DNA of 64,000 bases from NCBI RefSeq assembly GCF_004010195.1, contig NC_057759.1:6923853-6987852 (forward strand), written 5' to 3'. The position numbers and the translations under genes were made by a program. The notes under the pieces are model-generated. The model had not been told where the DNA came from. It saw nothing but the letters and a program-made list of their open reading frames with translations, and searched no databases. Each line of letters opens with the position of its first letter. Position 1 is the stretch's first letter. This document shows, piece by piece, positions 13,521 to 25,349 of the stretch. The stretch is from Chiloscyllium plagiosum. Lineage: Eukaryota.

Positions 13521-15179
13521 TGTAAGGTTCTTTCACCCTTTCTGGATTGAGGTGGCAGCTGTTGAATACCTATACCATTGAAGTTGTCATTGCACTCTTT
13601 CAGAACTGAGGTGATGGTCACAGTCTTTTCGTAATGAGATGGTGATTGTTGAAGTCCTTCAGTCCTTAAATAGATGTTAAAGTCTATAAGCACTGAGGGA
13701 GTGCTTGTCGCAAATTTGCAGTAAAAAAAGATATATTAGCATTGGAGGCTGTCCAGAGATGGTTTACTACATTGATCCTAGGCTTAGGGAATTTCCTTTC
13801 GAGGAGATTTTCAGTGGTTTAGGTTTTTAATCATTGAAGTTTAAAAGGGTAGGGACACTCTTACTGCAAAATGTAAGTATCGAAGAGGTTTTGATGGCGT
13901 CTGTGTGGGTTCCCACTGGGTGCACTGGTTTACTTGCACAGTCCAAAGATGTCCAGATAAGCGTAGAATTACTGTGCTAATTTGCCTATAATGTCCAGGC
14001 TGGAGATGGAAAGAATGGGTTCTATATGGGACATTACAAACCCAGAAGATATGATCTCAGAGTAAGGGGTTTCCCAGTCGGTGCAGAGATGAGGGTGCAA
14101 TATCTTCTGACTGAAGTGTATCTGCAGAATTCTTTACCACAGAGGGTTGTCAAGGCTGTTTCATTAAGAATATACAAGACAGAGATAGATTTTCACTCAG
14201 GAAGTAAATTGAGTGTTATGGGGACAATGCAGGAACGTGAAGTTGAAGGTTATTACTCGTCTCATGGAATGGCACAGCAGATTCTATGGGCTTCTGCTCA
14301 TAAACCTTGTGGCCACTGGCAATTTTCCAGAGGAGACTTATTAGGTTGCTGTCTGAAATGAGCAAGTTACCTTATGAGGAATAGTTCGAAAAGATTTTTT
14401 ATTCCATTGGAATTTAGATGGGTGATGCCGATTGATCTTTATTTGGTGGACATAACAAGGACTCTGCCTGTTATGGATCAGTCTGAAGAACAAGACACTG
14501 CTTTAAAATTAACAATCACAGTTTTGAGGCAGACATCTAGCCAATGTTCTTTGTGAGGCTTGTTTAACTTTGCAGTTTTAACTCAGAAGGTGGTGAAGTT
14601 AGAGTCCTACCTTAAATAAAATCAAACTTACTGTGTATAGGTCAGAACATGGAATAAAAATCCCAAAATGTCAGACATTATATGCTTGAATGACAGAGGA
14701 GATTGTAACGGTTGACTTATTTACATGTGTTCGCATTTTGTATGTAGATTATGAATATTTCATCACAGAAAGTGCGTCACATTACTGCATAAATCGAATG
14801 TCCAAATATAATATTTCATGTCATCCTCTGGTCCACTTACCCAACTAGTATAAAACACAAATCAGCTTGCTGGACTAGTTGTGCTTATTGTGAACAATTG
14901 GTGGAGAACTCCTCCGTGATGTGAACAAGATTGTCTCCTAAAATGATCTCATAATAAACGTTTTATTTCCTAACAATATTTTTCCATCAATCCACATCTC
15001 ATTACAATGAGATATAATCAATATAATGCATACGCACTATAGCCCTACCGGACCACTGGATTGCATTCTCATTAAAGAGAGACAGCTGGTCGTGGTTTAA
15101 CCTCGTGTTCACTATGCCTTAGCCGAGGAGATAGGATACAAAGGAGAATTATTCATGATAACAATATTCGGATGAAGAG

Positions 15180-15478
15180 TTGCAGCATGAAGGCTCAGCT
15201 GTTACCACTGCTACCTCACAGCACCAGTGTCCCAGGTTCGATTGCAGCCGTGTGCGACTGTCTGTGTGGAGTTTACACATTCGCCCTGTGTCTGCGTGGG
15301 ATTCCCCCCACAGTCCAAACATGTGCAGGTCAGGTGAATTGGTCATGCTAAATTGCCCATAGTGTCAGGTGCATTAGTCAGAGGGAAATGCGTCTGCGTC
15401 GGTTACTCTTTGGAGGGTCAGTGTGGACTTGTTGGGCTGAAGATCCTGTTTCCACACTGTAGGGAATATAATCTAATC
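15180..15478 (+). mobile_element. HE1-type SINE
   Basis: 'ggctcagctgttaccactgctacctcacagcacc...ggttcgatt' head; 3' end 'cctgtttccacactgtagggaa...atctaatc'. Confidence 0.9.
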
Positions 15479-15599
15479 GTCTCGACACGCAACATCTCTC
15501 GCTCTCTCTCTCTGGTTCATGCCTGATCCGCGGTGCTCTCCAGCATGTTTGATTCTAGCATCCGGAGTAATGTAGGTGGTGTGGCAGAGGGCTGTCTGG

Positions 15600-16450
15600 A
15601 TGACAGAGCGAGGGAAAACACGTTATTATAAACAGCTGGGCATTTGTGATTCTCGTGAATGGAATGTATCCTCATCCAAGTAGATGCCGCAGATGTGGAG
15701 GAACCCCGTTGAACGAGGTATAGTCCAGGCTGTTATGGGACTGCGTAGTAAACGTCCATTTGGAGACTGTCACAGAGATACAAATCTTGATGTCAAGAAA
15801 GGGGAAGTAGATGATTGAGCTGGATTGAGGGTGGGGGTGAAATTTGTGGCTGAAGTAAAAAAAAATGCAGATACTAGAATCCAAATAGACAGCAGGGCTT
15901 TGGAAGAACACAGCAAGCCAGTCAGCATCAGGAGGTGATGAAGTCGACGTTTCAATTGTAATCCTTTTTCAGAACTGAGATGGCTGTATGGGTTGCTGCA
16001 GTAAACGGGGTGGTGGAAGCAGGGTGGGAAAGAGGGGATAGATGAAGGCAGGTGGGGTACGATCTGCTTGCTCAATTGGAGGAATGACGCAGGTTGTTGA
16101 CAGGGTGGAGTGGAAGGATGGATGAGCTGGGAAGGGAGTAGGGGAATGGGAAGGGAAGATATTTTTAATTGGTGAACTCAATATTGAGTCCTCTTGGCTG
16201 TAGGCTGCCCAGGCGTTGTGGTTCATTGTAGCAATGGAGGAGGCCAAGGATATCATATCGGAAAGTGAGTGGGAAGAGGAATTAAAATTGGCGAGGCTGG
16301 GAGGTCTCGTCAAACCCTGCAGGCCTGGCTGCGAAGCTGGGCGAACCATTCCGTAAATTTACATTAGGTCTTCCTGATGTAGATAAGAACACATCATAAG
16401 CACATGATGTAGTCAACTTTTTTGGAAGAGAAGCAGGTGAACCTTAGTCT
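15600..16450 (-). mobile_element. Penelope-like element fragments (RT remnant, GIY-YIG remnant and pLTR with a degenerate hammerhead at 15942-15976)
   Basis: Reverse strand: 'cttatctacatcaggaagacc' (LYIGET-like) and AGTT-CTGAAAA-A-...-GAAAC-GTC-GACT. Confidence 0.7.
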
Positions 16451-16453
16451 CTA

Positions 16454-18580
16454 ACCTACAATTTCCCTTCCAAACTACTCATAATAATAATTGTAAATAT
16501 CGTAAACCTCCTTCTGTATCTCTCGTTCAATAAAACACCCACTCAAAACCATAGTGATTCTACCTGTACAAGTAAAATGTACTTGTTGAAGGAGGCAACT
16601 CAGCACCATCTTTTCAAAGCATCTCGGGATGGCCAATGAATGCTGCTTTATCAAGCAACGTCTACATCCTATAAATTAAGTTTACGTGACAACTTTTCAC
16701 TTGGTAACAGTTGCCATTGCTATAGGGTTAGATGACATATAACATTTTTCTTAATAGATATATACGACAAATTAGATGTTTTATTGCTTTATCTGCACGG
16801 AAGAGAAATTGAAAGTTCATGGCAAAAGTAAACCATGTACGATTATTTCTGTGACAGAACGTTCTGACAATGGGCACCACAGAAAAAGGGAAATGCGATT
16901 TGCGGGAAAAAAGGCCATCGAACTAGAATGAACTCTAACTTAGAAGATGTTACATGGATACGTTCTTCATCAACCCCCTTGGCGTATTGTACGTCAATCA
17001 ATCTGTCATTTAGTTGTCTTTAAAATCACGATATTTGCTATTATGGTAGTACAGACTCTTAAAGCAGATTTAGATGCTGTTAATTCATTAAATACCTGCA
17101 CGATCCCTAAAAGGTCCCTTTAATTAATGACACCAATGCTCCCCAAAAATCTTCGTTTTTTTTTTCCTGTTGGGGTATTTGGAGGATGACGTCTGAAAAC
17201 ATACAAACTAAACTAAATTCACAGATTAGTATTCTCAGATAAGTTGGCCTAAAATTTCTGAACGAACATGGAGACGTAATTTTCCAGTTATAATATTTCT
17301 AAAAGACAGTATAATGACACGCATGGAAAAGTTGTGAAGAAAAGAAGCGTCCTTTTAAACCAATAAATATAGATGCTCCACCCCAAATAACGTGCGCAAA
17401 AGTTTCCACAACCAGTAGTTGCTATTTGGTTACAATTTTTCTTCTTAGTCAGAAGGTGCTGGGTTCAAATACCATATAGTATTATATTAAGGTCATCATC
17501 AGATTCGTTTCTGAGGAAGACGCACACTGCTTGAGTTTTTGCTCTTGTTTGAGTTGAAAGCAGAGGCATTGTGTGATTGTGTCCTTCTCTATTTTATCTC
17601 AAAGCAACGTCAACAAATAACGTCTGAACATGAAAAAAAAAAGAAATTATGTTACGTCATGAGAATGTGTAGGATCATAACACATATAACGTGGCAAGAT
17701 GAATTCTATGGAAATGGATGCATGTTCTTTTGAAAAATACGTAGTGCTTGTAGTCGGATGATTTTATTAGAAAAACGAATGAGTAGATTCAGCATAACCA
17801 ATGCTTAGTTCTTTCAGGAAAACAAACACAGGACAAAGATTTTAATTTAAAGTTGACTAGAACAGTGGGAAAATGCATTGCAACGATAAATTTCAAAAAC
17901 GGAGGACTCAGGAAAAACAAGTTCCTTTCACTAAAAGCCAGTACGGCAGTGGCTAAGTGTCAACTGGAACAGTACATTATATTGTCTTTTCCCCATGCGT
18001 TAGGACTTCATTCAATCGCGAGAATTGTGAAATGGGGATGGCTAATTCAATTATCCTGTACACATAATTAAATCAAGATTTGGAGATTCTGGTGTTGGAC
18101 TGGGATGTACAAATTTAAAAATCACACAAAACCAGGTTATAGTCTAACAGTTTTAATTGAAGGAGCGGCACTCCGAAAGCTCATGTTTCCAATTAAACCT
18201 GTTGGACTATAACCTGGTGGACTATAACCTGGTGTTGTGTCAAGTTGGACTGATTAAATCAACTTTGCTTGCATTTTTGATATCGTGGAAACATGCCCAA
18301 ATAGACTGGAGAATTTAAAGAAGGAAGAAAAAAAAAGCACCTGCAGTTGTTACCAAAGCACGAAATACCTTATCTTAAAAGAAATGTTCTCAGCTTTGAT
18401 GCCCATTGGTATGTTAAATTTTCAGTTCTATTCTTAGAATAAGCTCAGTGAAGAAGGATGTGGTTTTAGTGAGGTGCCTAAATACCAAAAGCAATTGTCT
18501 GAAAGTTTATTACTAAAATGGGTCTACATAAGAACACTTAGTGTCTCGGAACCCAACAAATCATTCTTGCATATCGCTTT
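16454..18580 (+). repeat. Segmental duplication A, copy 2 (paralogous to ~2047-4070)
   Basis: Collinear with copy 1; carries an extra 176-bp insertion at 18077-18252. Confidence 0.9.
18077..18252. mobile_element. Fold-back Penelope-derived mini-insertion with a 10-bp TSD
   Basis: ATTAAATCAA at 18067-18076 and 18253-18262; inverted arms 'acacaaaaccaggttatagtctaacagttttaattg' / 'caattaaacctgttggactataacctggtg..ttgtgt'; the loop holds a partial hammerhead GAA-GGAG-CGGCA-CTCC-GAAAG-CTC; absent from copy 1. Confidence 0.8.
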
Positions 18581-18718
18581 TTTCCCGTCTATGTCTTCGT
18601 TTCCACACAGTTTTGGGCTTCACACCTAAGCAGGATTTTTGAGAACACAGCAAGGCAATAGGAAGCTTTCATCAAGGGTAAGTTACTATGGTGTATAGTG
18701 AAGTGAAAATAAGTTGTT

Positions 18719-18903
18719 CCATCCAAGAACTTGAGAGGACATAAGTTTTTCCAATGATATCGGAATAATGGGCTAATGAAAGAAACTGAATTCAATATAG
18801 ATATTGGAGTCCATTCAGATGAAGCATCTTATGTTCATTAAGTGTTAATTGAGAATTGACTATCAAAAGTGGGTTTTGAACCATAGAAAACTTACAGTCT
18901 TAG
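18719..18903 (+). pseudogene. Pseudo-exon paralogous to Ig domain 2 of the FCRL-like gene
   Basis: Translates GHKFFQ*YRNNGLMKETE...SDEASY...KC*LRIDYQKWVLNHRKLTVL vs functional GQKHFQWFRNNELIKETE...SDEAPYRCELTIYYRKWVSNNLTITVS; TGA at 18755-18757 replaces the Ig Trp, TAA at 18846-18848; donor GT at 18904. May extend 5' to about 18650. Confidence 0.9.
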
Positions 18904-21900
18904 GTTCATAATTCCTTTCTCTAGAGAGTTCTGGTGCATGTTTTGATCATTTTATGCCACTTCTGTCTAAGTTGCTTTTGACAGGACCCTCCAAGTGATA
19001 GACACTCGAGTCTAGGAGTAGGAATGCTTCCTCAATGACCTTCCCTCCATCATAAGGCCAGAAGTATGGATGCCTTCTCATGATTGCACAATATTCAGCA
19101 ACATTCACCAGTCTTTAGATACTGACGCAGTCTGTGTTCAAATGCAACAATGTCTTGACAATATCCAGGCTTGGGCGGACAAGTGGCAAATAACATTGCC
19201 ACCACACAATTTCCAGGTAATATCAATCAATAATAACGGGCAGTCTAACCATCACCCCTTTACATTCAATGGTGTCGCTATCACTGAAACCCCACTAACA
19301 ACATCTTGGGGTTTACCATTGACCAGAAACTTAACTGGGCCTGCCATATAAACACGTGGGCTACAAGAACAGATCAGAATCTAATAGTCCTGCTGCAAGC
19401 AAGTCAATCCTGACTGTCCAAATCTTGTCCACTATCTACAAGGCACAAGTCAGAAGTGCGCTGGAATAGTTCCACTTGCTTGCATTCGTGCAGCTCTAAC
19501 AACACTCGATAAGTTCAAAACTATCCAGGGTACCGTTCACAATCCTCTAAAACCACCAGAACTCAGTTGGCACCACATCCATAAAGATTCACCCCGTCCA
19601 TCACCAACACTCATTAGCAGCATTGTATACCATTTAAAAGATACAATGCAGAAATTAACCAAACATTCACCAAAGATGCTCAGCCAGTACCTTCCAAATC
19701 CAGCAGATACATGGGAACACCACTCCCTGCAATTTCCTCTCTAGGTCACTCACCATTCTCACTTGGAAATATATCAGTAATTCCTTCAGAGTCACTGGGA
19801 CAATATCTGGAATTCTCTCTCTTAGACCATTGGGATTCTGCATGTCACAAATGGACAGGAGCAGTTCATGAAGAGAGCTCACCACCACATCCTCAATAGT
19901 GGGCAACGAGGAACAGACAAGTAAAGGATGGCTAGCCAGTGATGCCCATGCCCTGGAGTGAATTTTTTTTAAAAAGAGTATGTTTTGCCAAATTAAGCCC
20001 ACTACCTGGAGTATTGTGTGTGCAGTTTGTGATTCCTTACCTGAGAAACGATGTTCTGGAGGGAGTGCAGCAATGGTTTCCTAGTCTAATTCCTGGGTTG
20101 GCAGTACTGATGGATGAAGACAGACTGGATTGTTTAGGACGATAGTCACTAGTAGAATGAGGAGGTGATCTGGGACAGAACTGCAAAAGTCGAACAGGAT
20201 ATATTAAATGACTATTTTGAGTCAATGTTTACTGATGAGAAAGAAAAGAAGGGCATAGAACTCAGAAGTAAATATTGATGCTTTAAAAATAGTTCACATT
20301 CGGGAAGAGTAAGTGCTGGAAGTGTAAGAAAAGGTAAAGGTAGATAAATAACCAGGACCAGATCAAGTGTGTCCATCGACGCTGTGGAAAGTAATGAAGA
20401 AAATTGTGGGGCTCCCAGCAGAAACATTTGTATCATCTATAAACATGTGTTAAGTACCGGAGTACTGGATGGTGGCTAATTTTGTGCCCTTGTTTAATAA
20501 AGTTTGTGTGGAGAGGCCCAGAAATAGAGAACATGTAAGTCTGACATGAATGATGGATAAGTTACTGGAGATGATTCTGAAAGAACATGCATTTGGAGAG
20601 GTATTGGTTGATTAGGCATGATCAGTATAAGTTTGTGTGAGGAAAGCTGTGTCTCTCAAACTTGATATTTTTTAAAATTTAAGTAACCAAAAAGATTGAT
20701 GACAGCAGAACATTAGACATTGTTCACTTGGACTTTAGGAAAATCATTGACAAAGTTCCATTTAGTAAACTAATTAGTAAAGTTCGATTACATGGGATTC
20801 AGGGTAAACTTGTCATTTGGATACAAAATTGGCTTTATGGTAGGAGACAGATTGTGCTGATTGGCTGCTGTTTTAGACTGGAGGCCTGTGACCCGCAGTG
20901 TTCCTAGGGGATTGGTGTTGGATCCACTTTTTTTTAATTACATGAACATATCGAAAGCATGGGTAGAAATTTTGAAGATGACACCAAAATTGTTGGACAG
21001 TTAAGAAAGTTTTACAAAGAGATCAGATCAATAGGTTCAATGGACAGAGGAGTAGCAGATGGAGTTTCATTTGGGTAAATGTGAGGTATTGCAATTTGGT
21101 AATACAAGCAAGGGCAGGATTTATACAATTAATAGTTGGGCTCTGGCCAGTTTTGAAGGACAGAGGCTGACCTAGGGGTCTCAGGTACATGGCCATTTTT
21201 AAAACTTGTGTCACTGGTAGAGATGGTAGTTTATATGGCATTTAGCACGCTTGCCTTCATTGCTGAGATTTTACAAGACATCGGTGAGACCTTTTCTGGA
21301 ATGCTGTGTGGTGTACAGGTCTCCACATTGCAGGAAGGATATTATTAAACTGGAGCGGGTTCGGAAAAGATTTAACAGAATGTTGCCAGGAAATGGCGTT
21401 TGGAGATGCAAAAATAGATTGGAAAGCCTAAGACCTTTTAGACTGGAGCATAGGGGGTTAAGTGGCAACTTCACTGAGGTTTCTAAAATCATGAGAGATA
21501 TCGATAAGGTGAGTAGCCAAGATGCTTTCATTTGCATAGAGGAGTTCACCACTGCAAGGTGTATTTTAAGAGGAGAGGAGAAAGATGTAGAAAGCACGTG
21601 AGGGGCAACTTTTTTTTAATGCAGTCGTAAGTGTGTCGAATGAACCACCAAAGGAAGTAGTGAATGCAGGTATCCTTGCAACACTTAAATGACACTTCTA
21701 GACGTTTATGAATATGAAACGTTTAGAGATATATCGTACATATATTGCAAACAGGTTGGACTAATTTAATTTAGAAACATGGTCAACGTGGGCTGGTTTG
21801 TTACTGTATGACTCTATGACTAGACTATTTCAAAGAAAAAAAAGCTCCCATTGACCAAAGGGAGATGGGAGTGTTCAATACCAGGGTGTCACATTTTAAA

Positions 21901-22435
21901 GGGGTTGGGGGAGACCTGATGTTAGTCAAAATGCCTTCACCAAGAGAGAGATGACCTTGCCCTTTTTATCAACACATCAATTCCTATTTTTCACCAACTA
22001 TAGTTTATGCTTACCAATACATCCAGAATCATTTGGTCTGAGGTGCAAGCGTGTCATACAATATCAGTAAGAATTGTTAGTCCTATGCACATTTATCTTG
22101 CTGTTGGTGCACTTTTGTCTGCCTCCTGCTGCTTTTGCAATATTCTCTGTACTTGACTTTGACTCTTATAGATTATTTTAAATTTTGTAAATCCCCATAT
22201 TATATCTGTGCATCAGTTTCTCTTCATCTCTAGTCACATTTGATTTCAACTGGCAGAGACAAGTGTTCGGACTGATAACGTTTGATAGTTTTTGACAAGC
22301 AAATGGGCTGAATAGCCACTTGTTGATATGATTTTCCATGTTCTTAAAGTCCCTCCTCAGGTAAGGAGCAATAGGCTGTACTCAGTGCTTAAAGGAAGTT
22401 GAAATCAAATTAACAGTACTTGTTTATTGGAATCT
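18904..22435 (+). repeat. Segmental duplication B: copy of the D2-D3 intron (paralogous to ~53594-56500), including shared ancestral LINE insertions
   Basis: Same junction 'gcttttgacag(g/a)accctcc(a/c)agtgat', same order of repeats, shared unique sequence 'tcaacacatcaattcctatt', 'aatatcagtaaga', 'cttaaagt...ctcctcag.taaggag'. Confidence 0.85.
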
Positions 22436-22745
22436 GCAAGCAATTTAAAAGGACGATTTAAAAGAATCTTTAGGCGCACTATATTCGGGCAGAGGATGGT
22501 GCGTGTATGGGATGAACTGCTAATAGACATAGTGCTGGCGGGTACAATTACAACATGCAAAAGGCATCTGGATGGGTATATGAATCGGAAGATTTTGGGA
22601 TATGGGCTAAATGCTGGCAAATGACGCATAAGTCAGATGGGAATGTCGAGTCAGCATGGACGAGTTGCATTGAGGGGTCTGTTTCTGTGCTGTATAACTC
22701 TATGACTCTAGTCAATTGGACATGGAAATGTCTTCCATTCATTTT

Positions 22746-23075
22746 TAGATTAGATTAGATTGATTTCAGTGTGGAAACAGGCCCTTCGGCCCAACAAGTC
22801 CACACCGACCCGCCGAAGCGTAACCAACCCATACCCCTACCCCTACCCCTAAATTTACCCCTTTACCTAACACTACGGGCAATTTAGCATGGCCAATTCA
22901 CCTGACTTGCACATCTTTGGACTGTGGGAGGAAACCGGAGCCCCCGGAGAAAACCCACGCAGACACAGGGAGAACGTAAATACTCCACACAGTCAGTCAC
23001 CTGAGTCGGGAATTGAACCCGGCTCTCTGGCGCTGCAAGGCAGCAGTGCTAACCACTGTGCCACCGTGCCGCCCA
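22746..23075 (-). mobile_element. Near full-length, little-diverged HE1-type SINE
   Basis: Reverse strand starts 'gggcggcacggtggcacagtggttagcactgctgcc' (A box), has a 'ggttcaattccc' B box, and ends in an (AATCT)n tail. Confidence 0.95.
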
Positions 23076-24164
23076 TTTGAAAGCAGGGAGATCTTATATT
23101 GTTAAAATAGGAGACTGCAGCTGGGACAACTTCGCTATGGGATCCAAATGTTTGGGCATGGAATGATTCAGCAGAATGGCTGGCGGGATTATGCACAATT
23201 AGTTGTAATTTATGGTGGTAAATTATTTCAGAACGAAGAATGAAGCAAAGTTGGTTCACGTTCCATGGGTCTTAAGACACAATCGCATTGGAAAGAGGCA
23301 GAAATTCACATTTGATTTTCAGGTTAATGACCTGAGTATTTCCCTGTGTTTCTTTGAACACAGACAGTAGTAGACATTCAAGACCTGCCAGTGCATGCAT
23401 TTGATATTTGTGTACACAGTGGAATGTGGGCATCCCAATCTGGGCCACCATTTGTTGCTTATTCTTACTAGTTCCCTTGAGAAGGATTTTTTGGAGTTCT
23501 CTTCTTGAATCACTGCAGTCTATTAACAGTATATAGCCGAAACATGTGCCTCATTAATGAAATTCTGATCACGATCTTATCAAACTGAAGGTCTGTGTGT
23601 GTGTATGCGTGTGTGCTTGTGTGTGCGTGTGTATGCGTGTATATGCTTTTTTTGGGAGTTACGAACTGCAGTTCAGTTTTGGGTCACTGATAATCTCCAG
23701 AATGTTGACAATGGAGGGAGTAGTTTTTGGTAGTTAAGAGGTGATGTTCAGATTCACTCTCCAGGATTTTGATAGTGGGAGGATTTAGTGATCGCTAACC
23801 CATTGAATTTCAAAAGTGTTGTTTAATTTCTCACTAATTGTAGACTGTCGCTACCGCCAGTTGAGTGTTGTGAATGTTAATCACCACTTTTTGTGAATGC
23901 TTCCGGCTTAAAGTTTGTGTTGGCCTATTCCATCGTGAAGAAAGGAAATATTTGTGGAATTCCTCCTTAGCAAAGTATATGAGGGAGCTGAGCTCTTTTG
24001 CTTCTTTGAAAACGAGAATTTTGAAAAGTCTAGAAGATATATGAGCAGGATTAGTCAGTTTGCGCCATCACATCTGCTGCACCATTTGATCATATCTCTG
24101 TTGCATGAGAACCAACGTAGATTTGATAGCTTAAGCCGCTTTACAAAAAAAATATATTTGCAGA

Positions 24165-24820
24165 AGTTGAAAGACGGCATTCGGTATGCTTTCCTTTATT
24201 GGTCGGAACTTCGAGTATAAAAGATGGGAGGCCATGTGGTGGCTGTACAGGACATTGGTTAGGCCACTTGTGGAATATTGCGTGCAAGTCTGATCTCTGT
24301 CCTGTCAGAAGAATGTTGTGAAACTTGAAAGGGTTCAGAAAAGATTTACAAGGATGTTGCCAGTGTTGGAGGATTTGAGCTATAGGGAGAGGCTGAATAG
24401 GTTGGGGCTGTTTTCCCTGGATTGTCGGTGGCTGAGGGGTAACCTTATAGACGTTTATAAAATCATGAGGGGCATGGATAGGATAAACAGACAATGCATT
24501 TTCCCTGAGGTGGGGGAATGTAGAACTAGAAGGCATAGCTTCAGGGTGAGAGGTGAACGATATAAAAGGTATCTAAGGAGAATCTTTTTCATGCAAGGGT
24601 GGTGTGTATGGACTGAGCTGCCAGAGGAAGTGGTGGAGGCTGGTACAATTATACCATTTAAAAGAGATCTAGTAGGGTGCAGGAATAGGATGGATTTATT
24701 GGGAAATGGGTGAATCGCTGGCAAATGGGATTGGATTAAGTTAGGATAACTGGTCGCCATGGATGCATTGGATCGAAGGGTCTGTTTCTGAGCAGTAAAT
24801 CTCAATGACTCTATAACTCT
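24165..24820 (+). mobile_element. CR1-clade (HER1-like) LINE 3' end
   Basis: ORF 24318-24713 'KLERVQKRFTRMLPVLEDLSYRERLNRLGLFSL..RLRGNLIDVYKIMRG'; tail 'atgactctataactct'. Confidence 0.9.
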
Positions 24821-24989
24821 AAAAGAAACTGCTGGAAAAGTGACGGCGAGTTAAAGTCTAGTGGGTTTTTTTCAAAACTCAGTGCTGGAACCTCTTTAAA
24901 GGTTGTGGATGAAAATGTCGTTGGTTTGATCAGTATGTTTGCAACTGACATGAAATTTTGTGTACTGCATAGTCAGGAAGCATATCAAA

Positions 24990-25340
24990 AGGCACCATGG
25001 TAGCTCAATGGTTAGCACTGTTAATTCACAGTGCCGGGGTGAAGGGCTTATGCCCGAAACGTCGATTGTCCTGTTCCCTGGATGCTGCCTGACCTGCTGC
25101 GCTTTTCCAGCAACACATTTCCAGCTCACAGGTTTGATTCCAGCCTCGGGTGTCTGCCTGGAATTTGCGCATTCTCCCTGTGTCTGTGTGGGTTTCCTCC
25201 CACAGGCGAAAGATGTGCAGGTTAGTTGAATTGGCCATGATAAACCGCCCATAGTGCTAGGTGCATTAGTCAGAGGGCAATGGGCTGGGTATTTACTCTT
25301 CAGAGGGTAGGTGGGACTATTTTGCGCTGTAGGGAATCAT
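24990..25340 (+). mobile_element. HE1-type SINE interrupted by a Penelope pLTR fragment (25040-25127)
   Basis: SINE head 'gctcaatggttagcactg' is separated from its B-box region by 'tgaagggcttatgcccgaaacgtcgatt...ccagctc'. Confidence 0.85.
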
Positions 25341-25349
25341 AAGATCAGC

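Noticed and set aside
22990..23075. tRNA-like sequences with A and B boxes (also near 15190, 32450 and 52745)
   Set aside because: These are heads of tRNA-derived SINEs continuing into SINE body and tail, not tRNA genes
23954..24220. ORF containing 'KVYEGAELFC', reminiscent of an Ig A'-B strand
   Set aside because: No Trp/Tyr core, no second Cys motif and no splice signals in phase
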